Shown here: in pieces, positions 1 through 592 of the stretch
How positions within the stretch are numbered: the stretch's first letter is position 1
Layout: every line of letters begins with the position of its first letter
Assembly (NCBI RefSeq): GCF_003334815.1
Contig: NZ_QOWO01000126.1
Reading direction: 5' to 3' (one strand)
From: Escherichia coli
GTDB lineage: Bacteria; Pseudomonadota; Gammaproteobacteria; Enterobacterales; Enterobacteriaceae
DNA: 592 nucleotides
The notes under the pieces: model-generated
Told to the model about the DNA's origin: nothing
Databases searched by the model: none
The model's input: the letters and a program-made list of their open reading frames with translations, nothing else
Program-made: the position numbers and the translations under genes

Positions 1-215
1 TTGCAGAATTAAGCCGCCGTTTCAGCTGCACGCTGGAGCACTGGTATGCCGAACAGGGCTGTGATTTCTGTGGCTGGCAGTTGTATGAGCGCGGAGAGCT
101 TGTTGATGTGCTGTGGGGGGAGCTGGAATGGTCTTCCCCGACAGATGATGATGAGCTGCCGGAAGTCACCGGACCTGCGTGGATAGTCGACAAGGTGGCG
201 CATTACGGTGGATGA
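1..215 (+). CDS. 3' end of a protein-coding gene, 5'-truncated by the window edge; hypothetical protein, last 70 codons plus TGA stop
   Basis: Only long open frame on + in this region (codons at 3,6,9...; stop TGA 213-215). Translation: AELSRRFSCTLEHWYAEQGCDFCGWQLYERGELVDVLWGELEWSSPTDDDELPEVTGPAWIVDKVAHYGG*. About 44% of codons start with G; codons are mostly enterobacterial-preferred (CTG, CCG, GCG, GAA). Six Trp, a Cys cluster (C-x10-C-x2-C) and an acidic DDDE tail. No in-window start, so not in the supplied ORF track. Followed 11 nt later by an intrinsic terminator. Product family not recognised. Confidence 0.7.
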   Translation, partial: AELSRRFSCTLEHWYAEQGCDFCGWQLYERGELVDVLWGELEWSSPTDDDELPEVTGPAWIVDKVAHYGG

Positions 216-225
216 AGTATGACGG

Positions 226-256
226 AGACGGGCGGGCAACCGCCCGTTTCTTTTCC
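226..256 (+). terminator. Rho-independent terminator of the upstream gene
   Basis: Perfect 7-bp GC stem 229-235 (CGGGCGG) with 240-246 (CCGCCCG) around a GCAA tetraloop (236-239), extendable by A228:T247, then T-rich tract TTTCTTTTCC (247-256). The reverse strand has no T-run after the hairpin, so it is unidirectional for +. Sits 11 nt after the TGA stop. Confidence 0.7.
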
Positions 257-316
257 GGTAAAGGATGTCGCCATGCTCCTCTTTTTACTGCGCCGGCTGA
301 CGCGGCGCGGCATAAA

Positions 317-328
317 CGCTGCCTGTGG
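317..328. repeat. Left arm of perfect 12-bp long-range inverted repeat (CGCTGCCTGTGG)
   Basis: 317-328 CGCTGCCTGTGG is the exact reverse complement of 529-540 CCACAGGCAGCG. Flanking bases on both sides do not pair (A316/G541, T329/C528), so the repeat is exactly 12 bp. Confidence 0.85.
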
Positions 329-358
329 TCAGTGTCCCGCGTCCGGCGGGCACGGGAC

Positions 359-420
359 GGGCGCTTTTACCGCTCCCGGCTGGCGTCGGTGACAGTGTAC
401 GCCAGCCCGTCGCCCTTTTC
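359..420 (+). terminator. Internal terminator-like or attenuator-like nested hairpin followed by a T-tract
   Basis: Perfect 9-bp stem 378-386 (GGCTGGCGT) with 399-407 (ACGCCAGCC), 12-nt loop; outer 5-bp helix 359-363 (GGGCG) with 411-415 (CGCCC); immediately followed by TTTTCT (416-421). The T-tract is short (4 T), so termination efficiency is uncertain. Confidence 0.35.
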
Positions 421-528
421 TGATGAACGCCCTTCAAGCCGCTTTCGCGGCATAGCCTTGCCGTCAAAAAGACGACGGCTGCGGTATTCCACGGTCGGCC
501 TGACCCGTTACCGGACGCGGTGAACAGC

Positions 529-540
529 CCACAGGCAGCG
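529..540. repeat. Right arm of perfect 12-bp long-range inverted repeat (CCACAGGCAGCG)
   Basis: Exact reverse complement of 317-328; the arms are separated by 200 nt. Its first 7 nt (CCACAGG) recur at 552-558. Confidence 0.85.
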
Positions 541-546
541 GGGAAC

Positions 547-578
547 GGGCACCACAGGGGTGCCCTCCCGGTGCCCTC
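547..578 (+). repeat. Hairpin (GGGCACC/GGTGCCC) plus tandem direct repeat GGTGCCCTC x2, just upstream of the RBS
   Basis: 547-553 GGGCACC pairs with 559-565 GGTGCCC (7 bp, 5-nt loop ACAGG). GGTGCCCTC occurs at 559-567 and again at 570-578, separated by CC (period 11), so 547-553 can pair with either copy. Confidence 0.7.
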
Positions 579-585
579 TGTAAGA

Positions 586-592
586 GAAGGAG
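586..592 (+). promoter_or_regulatory. Shine-Dalgarno sequence (GAAGGAG) for a downstream gene whose start codon lies beyond the window
   Basis: AAGGAG at 587-592 matches the core SD consensus and sits at the 3' edge; a start codon would be expected about 5-9 nt downstream, outside the window, so it cannot be confirmed. Confidence 0.45.

Larger units (their letters stand above)
317..540 (+). ncRNA. Candidate structured RNA domain closed by the 12-bp inverted repeat (retron-like msr/msd or cis-regulatory leader); speculative
   Basis: GC-rich, no credible ORF, and several local stem-loops inside (378-386/399-407; 438-442/447-451; 461-465/474-478; 493-496/502-505). Plus-strand orientation is inferred from T-runs after hairpins on + and the SD at 587-592. 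No homology or expression evidence is available. Confidence 0.25.

Noticed and set aside
9-239. ORF-track minus-strand ORF, 76 aa
   Set aside because: Antisense to the plus-strand frame-3 gene, which has stronger coding signal (G-first codon bias, terminator directly downstream). Its TTG start lies within the terminator hairpin and has no SD. Most likely a shadow ORF.
345-361. G-tract cluster (GG, GGG, GGG, GGG) as a possible G-quadruplex
   Set aside because: Only three full G3 runs plus one G2; more economically explained as part of the GC-rich stems.
348-363. Sigma-54-like promoter motif (GGCACG-N4-...GC, GG-N10-GC spacing)
   Set aside because: The -24 half (GGCACG, 349-354) matches well, but the -12 half lacks the TT of TTGCW (GGGCG instead). 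GG and GC dinucleotides at this spacing are common by chance in 70% GC DNA, and no enhancer site can be assessed.
423-455. Ten-codon ORF (MNALQAAFAA) after the internal hairpin
   Set aside because: No SD-like sequence upstream (CCCTTTTCTG precedes the ATG); too short to assess. Cannot be distinguished from chance.
285-467. ORF-track minus-strand ORF, 60 aa
   Set aside because: Low-complexity Arg/Gly/Pro/Thr-rich product, TTG start with no upstream SD, lies in the GC-rich structured region. Likely spurious.
179-523. ORF-track plus-strand ORF, 114 aa, GTG start
   Set aside because: Starts inside the better-supported frame-3 gene, reads straight through the intrinsic terminator at 226-256 and the GC-rich structured region, and is Arg-rich and low-complexity with rare codons. 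Typical spurious ORF in GC-rich DNA.
305-529. REP/BIME or ERIC-type intergenic repeats
   Set aside because: Short resemblances to REP cores (GCGGCATAAACGC near 305-318; CCGGACGCGGTGAAC at 511-525) and to an ERIC-like ACNGGGGTG motif (near 553-561), but none forms the characteristic ~35-bp REP palindrome or ERIC core. Cannot be excluded without a genome-wide copy-number search, so it is kept as an alternative explanation in the findings.
1-592. Diversity-generating retroelement (template repeat downstream of a variable repeat at the gene 3' end)
   Set aside because: No detectable similarity between the 3' coding region (1-215) and the non-coding segment; the non-coding segment is A-poor, unlike typical template repeats.
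1-592. CRISPR array, tRNA or rRNA
   Set aside because: No regularly spaced direct repeats with unique spacers, no tRNA-like cloverleaf or acceptor-stem signature, and no rRNA-like conserved segments.

Overview
This 592-bp window holds the 3' end of a plus-strand protein-coding gene, a clean intrinsic terminator, and a ~330-bp GC-rich non-coding region that ends in a Shine-Dalgarno sequence for a gene starting just beyond the window. The coding frame (phase 3) is open from the 5' edge to a TGA stop at 213-215; the terminator lies at 226-256. The non-coding region runs at roughly 66% GC against roughly 57% in the coding part (hand-counted), the reverse of the usual intergenic pattern, and has no convincing ORF. 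Its strongest signal is a perfect 12-bp inverted repeat (317-328 / 529-540) bracketing about 200 nt of nested stem-loops, followed by a hairpin and tandem repeat just upstream of the RBS. This architecture is compatible with a structured RNA: a retron-like msr/msd ncRNA, a large cis-regulatory leader, or a small palindromic mobile element. I cannot tell these apart, or identify the flanking genes, from sequence alone. No rRNA, tRNA or CRISPR array is present. All numbers are hand-derived from the sequence; no database search was run.
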